Assembly: GCA_049999805.1 (NCBI GenBank)
Contig: JBNGIO010005803.1
Coordinates: 1 to 44,366 of the forward strand
Source: Folioceros fuciformis
Lineage: Eukaryota
Direction: 5' to 3'
DNA length: 44,366 nucleotides
Numbering within the stretch: position 1 is the first letter of the stretch; the number at the start of each line of letters is the position of its first letter. Positions 1-10,627 of this stretch are shown piece by piece. The position numbers were made by a program, and so were the translations under genes. The notes below the pieces were generated by a model, which was not told the DNA's origin, did no database searches, and was given only the letters and a program-made list of their open reading frames with translations.

Positions 1-8
1 CCAGTGTT

Positions 9-2474
9 ATGGATCCAGCACGTCTGAGAAATGGGATGCTTGGGGGTGAAGTTTCCAGCGATTGTAGCCGCCAGCAGCAGCAGCAGGCGGCTTTGTGGCG
101 AAAATTTTTCCTGGACCCTGGCATGTGGTGGGATAACCGGAGGGGTGGGGAGAGCTTTGGTTCGCCTGACTTCCGATGTAAGGAGTCCAGTGAGGTCCTC
201 TGGTTAAACAGCATGTTCAAGCCTGCTTGGGTGGACGAGCGGCTCGTGTCTTTGGATATGCAGATGGGTCGAAGTTCCTCTCCTTCTAAGCCGAGCTCTT
301 TGCATAAGTCTGAGCCTGGCAGGTTTCCAGGATCGGAATTGTGTGTCGTCATGGCTGAAACCGTGAGCACCTTATGTCAGCAGTCGAAGCTGACTGAGGC
401 TGTTGGAACCTTGGAATCTCTTGTACAGACAGGCAGTCCTGTTTCTCAGTCTCTCTTCTATATTGTGTTAAAACTGTGCGCATCTAAGAAGAATCTGGTT
501 GCGGGGCGACGAGTTCATAATCTGACTGTCAAACTTGGGTACGAGTCAAATACATTTCTAGGAAACCATATTTTGCGCATGTATGCATCTGGAGGTAGGC
601 TACAGGAGGCCATGGATGTGTTCACCCGGGTGGGTCAGCCAGATGCCTTTATGTGGGTTTCTATAATTTCTGCCTATGCGAAACACGGGAAACCTAGTGA
701 GGCCATACAACTGTACCAGGAGATGCGCAACTCAGGAGTCAAGGCGACTGCTCACGTGTTTGTGGCAGCCCTTCAGGCTTGTGCATTGGCTGGGGACTTG
801 AAATCTGGCAGAGAAGTGCACTGTGATGTATTGCACAGTGGCATTCCTGCTAACGTTTTTGTTGGAAACTGCCTGGTGGGGATGTATGCAAAATGTGGGG
901 ACCTGGAAGATGCTCGCAGGGTTTTTGACAGCTTAGGCACAAAGGATATTGTGACATGGACGGCTCTGATAGCTGGGTATGCAAATCATGGGCCTGAACA
1001 ACAGGCTCTTGTTCTTTACGAACAAATGGATCAGGAGGGCCTGGTCGTTGCTGACCATGTTACTTTTGCTTGTCTTTTGAAAGCATGTGCAAGCACTGGT
1101 GCTTTACAGAAGGGCAGGGAGCTGCACTCACAAATTGTGGAAAGAGGACAGCTAGATGACATACTTGTGGGTACTTCCCTTGTAGACATGTACGCAAAGT
1201 GTGGCGAGCTGGAGGATGCACGTCGAGTTTTTGACAGCTTGGCCGCAAAAGATGTGGTGACATGGACTGCCCTGATTGCGGAGTATGCACAGCAAGGTCT
1301 CGGCCAAGAGGCACTTACTTTGTATGGACAAATGGAGCAAGAAGGCTTGATTGTGGCTGACTGTGTTACCTTTGCTTGCCTTCTCAAGGCTTGTGCTAAC
1401 GCTGGTGCCTTACAGAAGGGCCGGCAGCTGCACTCACAGATCGTGGAAAGAGGACAGCTAGATGACATAATTGTGGGCACTTGCCTGGTGGACATGTATG
1501 CAAAGTGTGGTGAACTCGAAGAGGCACAGCGTGTTTTTGACAGCTTAGCAACAAAGAATGTTGTGACATGGAATGCCCTGATAGGTGGGTGGGGCGCTTG
1601 TGATGAAGGTCGCAATGCCCTAGCTTGTTTTGAGGAGATGTTAGTCTCCGGTATTGAGCCAGATGCTACTACTTTCACTTGCGTTTTAGGGGCATGCAGT
1701 CACGGGGGACTGGTGAATGAGGGTTGCAGGCACTTCGATTCCATAGTTCAATACCATGGCATCAAGCCTACTACTGAGCATTACAATTGCATGATTGATC
1801 TTCTTGGGCGTGCAGGCCTTTTAGATGAGGCTGAGAACATGCTACTATCATGTGAGAGCCAAAGCAACCTCGTGGGGTTGACTTCTTTGTTGAATGCTTG
1901 CAAAAATCATGGGGATATAGAGAGAGCAACACGGTGTTTTGAAAGTCTCGTTAGACTTGAGCCTCAGTGTGCATCTCCGTATGTGCTCATGGCCAATGCC
2001 TACGCAGATGCAGGCCGGTGGTCTGATGTTGAAAGGATCGAAACACAGAGAATGTTAGCAGGAGCTAACAAGAAGCCTGCAGTGGCGGGCATTGAGGTGA
2101 AAAAGCAAGTACACACATTTGTGGTGGGAGAACGGAGAGATGACCTTGCTCTTCAAGTAGAGAGCACGAATGCACGTCTGAAGCAGGAAGGAGGTCACGT
2201 ACCACACACAAAGTTGGTGTTGAAGCCACTGCCTGAGAAGGAAAAGGAAGACGTGCTTTGCGGGCATGCGGAGAAGTTAGCTCTGGCTTTTGGTCTCTTG
2301 AACACTCCCAGCGGCACGCCTCTGGTGGTCACGAAAAATCTACGCATGTGTAGCGACTGTCACAATTCCACGGAGATCATGTCAAGGGTAGAAAAGAGAG
2401 ACATTGTTGTGAGGGATGGATACCGTGTGCATCGATTCGCAGCTGGTTTTTGCAGTTGTAAGGCTCGACCTTGA
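9..2474 (+). CDS. PLS-class PPR protein with E1/E2 and DYW:KP (ARP-ending) domain; candidate U-to-C RNA editing factor; N-terminus probably truncated by the window edge
   Basis: Intronless 821-aa ORF with P-L-S repeats (VVTWTALIAxY / VTFACLLKAC / LVDMYAKCG), P2-L2-S2, E domains, KKPAVAGIEV, HAEKLA, CSDCH and C-terminal CSCKARP. The frame is open upstream of base 9 and paralogues have ~45 more N-terminal residues. Confidence 0.95.
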   Translation: MDPARLRNGMLGGEVSSDCSRQQQQQAALWRKFFLDPGMWWDNRRGGESFGSPDFRCKESSEVLWLNSMFKPAWVDERLVSLDMQMGRSSSPSKPSSLHKSEPGRFPGSELCVVMAETVSTLCQQSKLTEAVGTLESLVQTGSPVSQSLFYIVLKLCASKKNLVAGRRVHNLTVKLGYESNTFLGNHILRMYASGGRLQEAMDVFTRVGQPDAFMWVSIISAYAKHGKPSEAIQLYQEMRNSGVKATAHVFVAALQACALAGDLKSGREVHCDVLHSGIPANVFVGNCLVGMYAKCGDLEDARRVFDSLGTKDIVTWTALIAGYANHGPEQQALVLYEQMDQEGLVVADHVTFACLLKACASTGALQKGRELHSQIVERGQLDDILVGTSLVDMYAKCGELEDARRVFDSLAAKDVVTWTALIAEYAQQGLGQEALTLYGQMEQEGLIVADCVTFACLLKACANAGALQKGRQLHSQIVERGQLDDIIVGTCLVDMYAKCGELEEAQRVFDSLATKNVVTWNALIGGWGACDEGRNALACFEEMLVSGIEPDATTFTCVLGACSHGGLVNEGCRHFDSIVQYHGIKPTTEHYNCMIDLLGRAGLLDEAENMLLSCESQSNLVGLTSLLNACKNHGDIERATRCFESLVRLEPQCASPYVLMANAYADAGRWSDVERIETQRMLAGANKKPAVAGIEVKKQVHTFVVGERRDDLALQVESTNARLKQEGGHVPHTKLVLKPLPEKEKEDVLCGHAEKLALAFGLLNTPSGTPLVVTKNLRMCSDCHNSTEIMSRVEKRDIVVRDGYRVHRFAAGFCSCKARP

Positions 2475-3029
2475 GAATGAAACGCATAAGGGAGGGCTCA
2501 TCATCGAGCACACGACAAGTTCGAGTTTGCGTGCTGGGCGAAGACGCAGGGAATCCATGTTAATGTCATGGGACACTCACCGAAGCAAGCGTTGCAGGGA
2601 ATGTCTCAAAACGTCGCAGATGGCCCACCGCTCATGGGGCCGCTCGGTTCCGTGAGCCACTCGGGCCTGCCTCCTGTTCCAATTCCACTTTCGGGTGCGA
2701 GCCTGTCCGCAGTGTCCGGAAGCCTGCAAGTGCTTTTCTTGCTATGAACCTCTGGGTTGGCAGTCAATGGATCATGCCCACAGGACAAAGACTTTCAGCC
2801 ACTTAACTGCCCATCAAAAAATCTTGTTTCGGAGACGAATTGTGTAGGCCCATTAGCCCCACAAGCTTCTCTGCGCTGTACTGAAATGATGTTCCCTGCT
2901 CCGAGTATTGTTCCCATCCATACGTATCTTCTCTGCTGCGCTTCTTCAGGGTGGTGTAGTCATGCATGGTACTTCAAGCCGAAGATGGGCCTGTTGTGCG
3001 TGTCATCTCAGCGAATGGGTGCCTGTTAG

Positions 3030-5933
3030 ATGGCCACTCTATGGCAGCCGAATGCCTTGTGTTCCCACCAAACCGATGGCTGTACAGCAAGTCTACGAGA
3101 AGCTCCCCCTCACCTGACCTTGGTCAATCAGCCGCTGGCGAACAGTCAAGCCTCTAGGTCCAGCAGTGTAGGGAACCCAGCAGTTCCGAGGAAATGGTTG
3201 GCAAGGGAAGGATTTTCCAAAGCTGGTGGTCATCAGGAGAAGTCCCAGGAGCTAGTGTGGCGGCGACTTATTGTGGACCCTGCCATGTGCTGGGAGAACG
3301 GGCGACGCAGGAAGAGCTCTTCTTCCCCTTGCTCCCGGCGTAAGGGGTCTGGCGATGTCCTCTGGTTAAACAACACGGTCAAGCCAGACTGGGTGGATGT
3401 GCATACGCAAACAGATCATGATGCCTCTCCTTCCAAGTCTAGCGCCTCGGACAGGTCTCCGCCTGACAGACGTGCAGGACCGGAGGAGATGGGCGTCGTG
3501 ACGGCTGCAACCTTGAGCACGTTATGTGAGCAGGAGAAGCTTGATGAGGCCGTTGAAGCCCTGGAATCTCTGGCGCAGACAGAGTTTCCTATCCCTCAGT
3601 TTCTCATTTACAATGTGCTAAAACTGTGTGCAGCTAAGAAGGATCTGCGTGTAGGGCGACGAGTTCATGATATCACTATCAAGCTTGGGTACGAGTCGAA
3701 TACATACTTGGCGAACCATATCTTACGCATGTATGCAAGTGGAGGTAGGCTGCAGGAGGCCATGGATGTGTTCACCAGAATGGACAAACCAGATGTGTTC
3801 ATGTGGATTTCCATAATCTCTGCCCATGCCAAACATGGGCAACCTAGTGTGGCTATACGACTGTACCATGAGATGCGTAGCTCAGATGTGAAGGCTAATG
3901 CGTACGTCTTTGTTGCAGCTCTTCAAGCTTGTGCATTTGCTACCGACTTGGATTCGGGCAAACAAGTGCACTGTGACGTGTTGAACAGTGGCATTGCACC
4001 TAACTTGTTTGTTGGCAGCTGCCTCGTGGACATGTATGCCAAATGCGGCGCACTGGGCGATGCACACAGGGTTTTTGACAGTCTGGCCTCGAAGGACGTG
4101 GTTACATGGAACGCCCTGATAGGTGGGTATGCGAATCAGGGACTCGAGCAAGAGGCGCTTGTACTGTATGAGCAAATGGAGCAGGAGGGCCTGATTGTGA
4201 GTAGTCCTGTCACTTTTGCTTGCCTTCTGAAGGCTTGTGCAAGCACTGGTGCCTTGCAGACGGGCAGGCAACTGCACTCGCAGATAGTGGAAAGAGGACA
4301 GCTAGATGACATACTTGTCGGCACTGGCCTGGTAGATATGTATGCAAAGTGTGGTGAACTGGAAGAAGCACGCAGAGTTTTTGACAGCTTGTCTGCAAAA
4401 AATGTGGTGACATGGACAGCTCTAATTGCCGGGCATGTACAGCAAGGTCTTGGCCAGGAGGCTCTTGTCTTGTACGAGAAAATGGAGCAGGAAGGCCTGA
4501 TTGTGGGTAATCACGTTACTTACGCTTGCCTTCTGAAGGCTTGTGCAAGTGCCGGTGACTTGCAGAAGGGCAAGCAGCTGCACTCTCAGATCGTGGATAG
4601 GGGGCAGTTGGGTAGTTTACTTGTGAGCACTTGCCTGGTAGACATGTATGCAAAGTGTGGCGAATTGGAAGAGGCACGCAGAGTTTTTGACAGCTTGGCC
4701 ACAAAAAACGTGGTGACATGGACAGCCCTGATTGCCGGGTATGCACAGCAAGATCTCGGCTACGAGGCACTTGTTCTGTATGGTCAAATGGAGCAGGAGG
4801 GCCTCATAGTGCCTGATTCTGTCACTTTTGTTTGCCTTCTCAAGGCCTGTGCTAGCTCCGGTGCCTTGCAGAAGGGCAGGCAGCTGCACTCACAGATCGT
4901 GGAAAGAGGACAGTTGGATACCAACATACTTGTGGGCAACTCCCTGGTGGACATGTATGCAAAATGTGGTGCCCTGGAAGACGCTCGCCGGGTTTTTGAC
5001 AGCCTGGCCACCAAGGACGTGGTGACATGGAACGCCCTGATAGCTGGGTTTGGTGCCTGTGATGAAGGTCACATGGCATTAGCCTGTTTCGAGGAGATGT
5101 TAGCTGCCGGTATCCAGCCTAATGACGCCACTTTTTCTTGCCTTCTAGTTGCGTGCGGTCATGCTGGACTGGTGAATGAGGGTCGCAAGCACTTCGATTC
5201 CATGTTGGAACAGCATGGCGTGAAACCTACCAGTGAGCATCACAATTGCATGATTGATCTACTCGGGCGGGCAGGTCATCTAGAGGAGGCAGAAACCTTG
5301 TTATTAGCCTGTGAGAGCGGAAGCAACGTGGTGGGGTTGACGTCTTTGCTGAATGCCTGCAAATGTCATGGAGACGTTGAAAGGGCTGCATGGTGTTTTG
5401 AACGTCTGGTTAGGCTGCAGCCTCACGGTGCATCCGCATACGTTCTGATGGCGAACGTCTACGCGGACGCAGGTAGGTGGGCCGATGTATCCCGGACCGA
5501 AACACACCGAGTAGTAGCAGGCGCTACCAAGAAACCAGCAGCGGCGACCGTCGAGGTGAAGAAGCAAGTACACACGTTTGTGGTAGGAGAAAGAAGAGAC
5601 GACCTTGCTCTTCAAGTAGAGAGCACGAATGCTCGTCTGCAGCAGGAGGGGGGCCACGTGCCACGCACCAAGTTGGTGTTGAAGCCACTTTCCGAGGAGG
5701 AGAAGGAAGACGCTCTTTGCGGGCATGCTGAGAAGCTGGCTTTGGCGTTTGGTCTCTTGAATACTCCCAGTGGCACACCTCTGGTGGTAACGAAGAATCT
5801 ACGCATGTGCAGTGACTGCCACAGTTCCACGGAGATCATGTCACGGATCGAAAAGAGAGACATTGTTGTAAGGGATGGGTACCGTGTGCATCGATTCGCA
5901 GCTGGCTCTTGTAGTTGTGACGGTCGACCGTGA
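3030..5933 (+). CDS. PLS-class PPR protein with DYW:KP (GRP) domain
   Basis: 967-aa intronless ORF starting MATLWQP; three 36-35-31 aa triplets; KKPAAATVEV, HAEKLA, CSDCH, ends CSCDGRP. Confidence 0.95.
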   Translation: MATLWQPNALCSHQTDGCTASLREAPPHLTLVNQPLANSQASRSSSVGNPAVPRKWLAREGFSKAGGHQEKSQELVWRRLIVDPAMCWENGRRRKSSSSPCSRRKGSGDVLWLNNTVKPDWVDVHTQTDHDASPSKSSASDRSPPDRRAGPEEMGVVTAATLSTLCEQEKLDEAVEALESLAQTEFPIPQFLIYNVLKLCAAKKDLRVGRRVHDITIKLGYESNTYLANHILRMYASGGRLQEAMDVFTRMDKPDVFMWISIISAHAKHGQPSVAIRLYHEMRSSDVKANAYVFVAALQACAFATDLDSGKQVHCDVLNSGIAPNLFVGSCLVDMYAKCGALGDAHRVFDSLASKDVVTWNALIGGYANQGLEQEALVLYEQMEQEGLIVSSPVTFACLLKACASTGALQTGRQLHSQIVERGQLDDILVGTGLVDMYAKCGELEEARRVFDSLSAKNVVTWTALIAGHVQQGLGQEALVLYEKMEQEGLIVGNHVTYACLLKACASAGDLQKGKQLHSQIVDRGQLGSLLVSTCLVDMYAKCGELEEARRVFDSLATKNVVTWTALIAGYAQQDLGYEALVLYGQMEQEGLIVPDSVTFVCLLKACASSGALQKGRQLHSQIVERGQLDTNILVGNSLVDMYAKCGALEDARRVFDSLATKDVVTWNALIAGFGACDEGHMALACFEEMLAAGIQPNDATFSCLLVACGHAGLVNEGRKHFDSMLEQHGVKPTSEHHNCMIDLLGRAGHLEEAETLLLACESGSNVVGLTSLLNACKCHGDVERAAWCFERLVRLQPHGASAYVLMANVYADAGRWADVSRTETHRVVAGATKKPAAATVEVKKQVHTFVVGERRDDLALQVESTNARLQQEGGHVPRTKLVLKPLSEEEKEDALCGHAEKLALAFGLLNTPSGTPLVVTKNLRMCSDCHSSTEIMSRIEKRDIVVRDGYRVHRFAAGSCSCDGRP

Positions 5934-6254
5934 GACTTGAAGAAGTGGTAGGGGAGTGACTATTATGAAATCAGACAGCCCAAGGAATATGACACAGAGC
6001 CCAAAGCGTATCTATTGGCCCCAAGGATTCAGTGACGTACTTCGTGCAGGAGCAGGTAATTACTGCAACTGCGGTCCTCAAGGTTGCACAAGATTGAAAA
6101 CTTGACTGGTGGCCGGGCTTTCTTGAAGTTAGACGACAGCTTGTGTGAGAGCTCATTGCACCCAACAAAGCAGACTTCAAATGCAAGGATGTTCCGATGT
6201 GGCGTCAAGTTGCAGATGTGGTGCCCATTATGGACCTTGCTCATGCAACAGGGC

Positions 6255-8115
6255 TTACGAGATACGTAAGCATCTCTCCTTGATCATCCTAATGACTGCC
6301 TCGGCATCAACCGTCACCCCCACCTTCACCGAGGGGTGGCCGCTCCACTCTGTAGGGGGGTCCCATCTGCGCGGAATAACATGCCACAAAGTAATCAGTC
6401 TAAGCAACATTGAAGGACCACCTGCCGAACGGGAAGTCTACTCACTCTTTGTCGTTGCTGTTGAAGATAGTCAGGCCCCTACTGATACCATCTTGCTGGA
6501 CCCTGATGACCCCTTCAGAGTAGGTCAGAAGCGTTGGATCTATGGTAGCAACTACTGTCGTCGGATCATGAAGATAGATCGCTGATACCACAAGGGAACA
6601 TCAGGTTCTGGAAACGTAGGTTCCACAACCTACGTGAACCATGCTTGTGTGATCACAAAGCAGTAACTTTATCAAAACGAGAATGGATGTGGCATACCAT
6701 CTATACCATAGGCCTCTCGATGGTAACTGAAGTAGAACTGGGAAATGTTGTACAGATACTTGCTGAACCTGCCGTTGCTTGTTTGCCATTGCCTCATATC
6801 AGATCCTGCAGGAGAGGGTACGTAACTGCCTCACAATTTCCAACAACTTTATCCCCATTCCTTGTAGCAACTGTGATCATGCCTGCCCACACACGTCCAC
6901 AATCCATACCTGTCAACTGCACCTGATGGGTGATGTTCAGGCCCACAACCAAGATATCAGCACCAGAAGTGAAGACGATGTCGGCAGCTTCCGGGTCTCC
7001 GAGCATCTGCCACGAACAACGAGATATCAAGAGCCTCCCGTCTTCAAAAGCTCCAACAAACCGATACAGGTTTGTGTGAACAACAATCGGAAACTCACAT
7101 TTGCTTCGGCAGCGGGATTGACGTTCCCATTGACGAAGAAGGCTCCCCCAAGAACAACGATCTGAGCTACTTTAGCGGCAAACGAGGGGTCATCTTCAAT
7201 TGCCTGGAGACAGAAAGTCCTAATGCGCTAACGTCAGATGTCTTTCGACAGGGTCTGTCCGCTTGAAACACAACGCAGCCAAGTGGCAGTCCTTCCAAAC
7301 CATCCCCATCTACCTTGGCCAAATTCGTCAGGGGCCCGAGCGCCACGACAGTGATCATCCCAGGCTCCGCACTCACTTTCTGATTGAGGAAATCTGGGGC
7401 CGAGAGAGATATCGCTTTACCCTTGGGCGCAGGCGGATACGTATTTCCGAGCCCATCAGCCCCATGCACAAAATCTGCAATCCGTTCTTTCGCAGCTCCC
7501 TGCATACAAGCTCGGGCACGCTGGTATGAGAGAAACCCAGCCCAAGCTGAGCTTATGCTTGGCAGACATTGTGCACACTAACTGCCCTCATCCAAATCAG
7601 GGGTCCCCTACAGTTGCTTCGCTGGACTGCAGACTCGAATTTCCACGTCGGGCAAGAAGCTTACCCTGAGAGAAGTAAGCAGCCCCTGTGAAACCGGGAT
7701 GTCCTCTCTGCCAGCCACCTCGAGCTACACCACGGGACGGGACAACGAACCCAGTCATAAGTCAGCCAGACGAAGAGCCCACAACAAAGCGCACAGCCTC
7801 TGCAGCACACGCATGCATCAACCCCCACCAAATGCAAGGCATTCTGCGTTGCCATGGCAGTCCGCACGTTGCCAAAGGTCGTAGTCAGCCCGATGACATC
7901 CAACTCCTCCGACTCCAGAGCAAGAAAGATGGCCATGGCGTCATCTGCATCACCCACATCCAGCAACCACACCACCCTCCCCTCGTCTCTTAGTCACCAC
8001 CACCCACCCGCCGAACAACGACCGGTGTTTGGGTCCTGTGAAAGGGGAGTAACTGACCGACACCAGGATCCGTGTCGATGATCACTTTCTTCTTGGAGGC
8101 AGAGCTGACGCCCAT
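6255..8115 (-). CDS. URH2: Inosine/uridine-preferring nucleoside hydrolase (URH2/NSH2-like), multi-exon
   Basis: Spliced exons with GT-AG boundaries give MGVSSASKKKVIIDTDPGV|DDAMAIFLAL, IADFVHGADGLGN, ITVVALGPLTNLA, GGAFFVNGNVNPAAEAN, GDPEAADIVFTSGAD, IYLHDP and VKVGVTVDAEAV. ATG at 8115, TAA at 6257-6255. The DxDxxxDD motif is diagnostic of the family. Confidence 0.93.
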
Positions 8116-9209
8116 GGTGACCTCACCGTGAGCTGAGCGGAATCGCCTTCCTTACCCGGGAGGTAACAAATACGGGGCCAGGTTCTGGGTTTGTGCCTTC
8201 ATGTACCATCCGTGAACGATTTGGGATTCACGCCCCGTTCTATGGACTGGTCTAGCCCTACATATGTGTACTGTCTGTTAGCTGCCGGAAGCCATCGCCT
8301 GTGCGGGAAGCAATGCCCAGCCTTCCTGCTGCCCCCTGCAGCTTGGCCGCTGGGCTGGGCAGGGCAGAGGATTGAGCCATCCAGCCACACCATTGTCGCC
8401 GCGGCATTCCGGTCTTGAGGCTACGAGTCTCCTGACTCCATTTTCGCAAGTGCGTCTCTGGGACACGGTTTTTGTTGTACATATTATTGATTCTAATAAT
8501 ATATATTCAATACCTATTCAAATATCTTTATATATATATATAACTTTGCATTTTATCTTTCTTCATTTCATGTGAAGAGAGAACAACCAAATCCCGTGAA
8601 TTATATTTCAAAAGGTTGTGTTATTCCAATACCACTTGAAGGCCACATTGTCGTCAAGTGATCAGCTAATTTTTATAATATCTTGAATTTATTCAGGTGA
8701 AAGTTATGTAGTGTCTTATCTTACTTGAATTATTCATACGTGCAGATTTTTTAGGTATAACTCAAAAATATTTAACTTATATTTTATTTGCTCATGCACT
8801 ACAAACGTGGAAAAATCTTGGGGACACATGCCATCTCAAAGTTTTTTCGATGTGAGCCTAATTATGGCTGTCGATTCGATCTCATGCATGGAATTGCTCA
8901 TTTATTTTTCCCATAATCTTGGGGTATACAACAACATGTGTTGTACTTCACCTCTACAAAATAATGGGTTGAAGACCTCCAGGCCTACATGATATTTGAA
9001 CTATTCCATGCTTGAAGAAAGACAATCATCTCTAGGAAGTTTGATCCTTCAATCCAAGGCTAAGAGACAGTTTACAAAGTGCATATTGTTGGGGTGCACT
9101 CTTCTTGTTTTCATCCATTGTTACGATAATTTGAGCAAGTCTAATACACGAGTCCATGGATCATTTTACATGGAAGTGTTATCTGTAGCTCACTTTCAAA
9201 GGAAACAAA

Positions 9210-10627
9210 ATGATGCTCTCCAATGAAAGCATCTACAATATTATCCTCCCACCAGAAGAGGAGCCACAAAAGCTCAAACCACTTCGATCAAAGGTAGTTT
9301 CTATGATGCTTTGGTTTCTACACCTTGTGAAAGTTTAGGAAAGCTCATTCATTTGATGAACCGAAGTTTGTGTTGGAATGTTTAGCAAGAGAAGAAACTA
9401 GATATCTTCATTCAAAAGATAAAGGAATCCGAGTTTTTGAGACCAGCAGCTACCTTTGGATATAGACTTGGATCCTTGAAGCCAGATACAACTAAGTTTA
9501 TGAAGAAGCATGCTAAAGAGCCTATCATCATTCATGGTTAAATCTAGCACCATTTGAGACAACCCAATATTATAAATAATGTGGAAACTAATCTATAATT
9601 TACATGATGATTTGTATGATTCACATTTTGAATCCAAAAAGTATGGTATTGATTAATTCTTTTCATGGATGAATATCAGCACCCATTCGATGTTCTGCCA
9701 AAGCAAAATACAAAATGCAGTGCCCACATGAGCCTCCGGTAAATAGTAATCCTCATCATTTATTTTAATTTTTTCATACTTTTTACAAGAAAAAAAAAAA
9801 TCTATTCACCTTGAAATGGAATGCAGATATACAACATGTGGAGTGGAGCTAATTTCATCAACAAAAATGCTTGTGCTCAAATTCATTCACGTAATCACAT
9901 ATTTTTGAATTATATATATATTTCTTTATTTGTAGAATTTTCTCCTAAAATCATGCAAGTCTCTTGAAACTCAAACGACATCTTCTTTCTATTCTCTTAA
10001 AGATGCTAAGCCGCCACCTCCACCTGCAAGAAGATATGTGACCAAAAAGAACTACGGCAAGATACCTAATTATTTAGGTCTGAGAATTGAGGAGGCCATG
10101 AAGATAACAAGAGCAAGAATTGAAGCATTGGAGAAGCATGAAATGGGCATCTGTGCCCATCCAGGAACCCATAAGTATACTTTTGTCCTACTAGATTGTT
10201 ATGTTATGTTTGTTTTGAAAGTGTTTTCTTCTTGTGTAATACTTTGTGCTCTTGTAGGTTGGAGGAAAGGGAAAGGTGGGAGCTTTTGCACATATTGAAA
10301 ACGAAATGGAAGGAAATCAATGATCAGTATCAAAGATTGTCATGTGTTCTCGATACTGAATCCAAGAAAAGACGCAAAGAACGGTGAGATAAAGGATGCA
10401 TATGTGTAGTGTAGTGTGCTTGAATAGTAAAATTAATTCTAATACTTTTTTTTGTGTGAGCTTGCAGATATGAGGCTCACTTGGCCCAAATAGAAAGCGA
10501 TGTTAACACATTAAGTCGTAGGGTAATCTTAGTTGTGCAAGGAGCTAAACGGGGTAGCGAATCGGATTGGAGCAAGACCGGTAGCAAAACAAGAGAAGCA
10601 TATTCCAGATCTGCTACCGTGAAATAG
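9210..10627 (+). CDS. ENKUR: Enkurin-like flagellar/axonemal protein, multi-exon
   Basis: Exons encode MMLSNESIYNIILPP...LRSK (9210-9293), PPPPARRYVTKKNYGKIPNYL (~10003-10174), LEERERWELLHILKTKWKEINDQYQRLSCVLDTESKKRRKER (10258-10383) and YEAHLAQIESDVNTLSRRVILV...stop (10468-10627). These match the enkurin N-terminal ESIYN and C-terminal YGxxPxYL / WxxxxxxYQ patterns. Middle exons are uncertain. Confidence 0.75.

Noticed and set aside
5933-8115. Functional link between the uridine/inosine nucleoside hydrolase and the adjacent U-to-C editing candidates
   Set aside because: Tempting, but this is a conserved housekeeping gene, the other interspersed genes are unrelated, and eukaryotic adjacency alone is not evidence.
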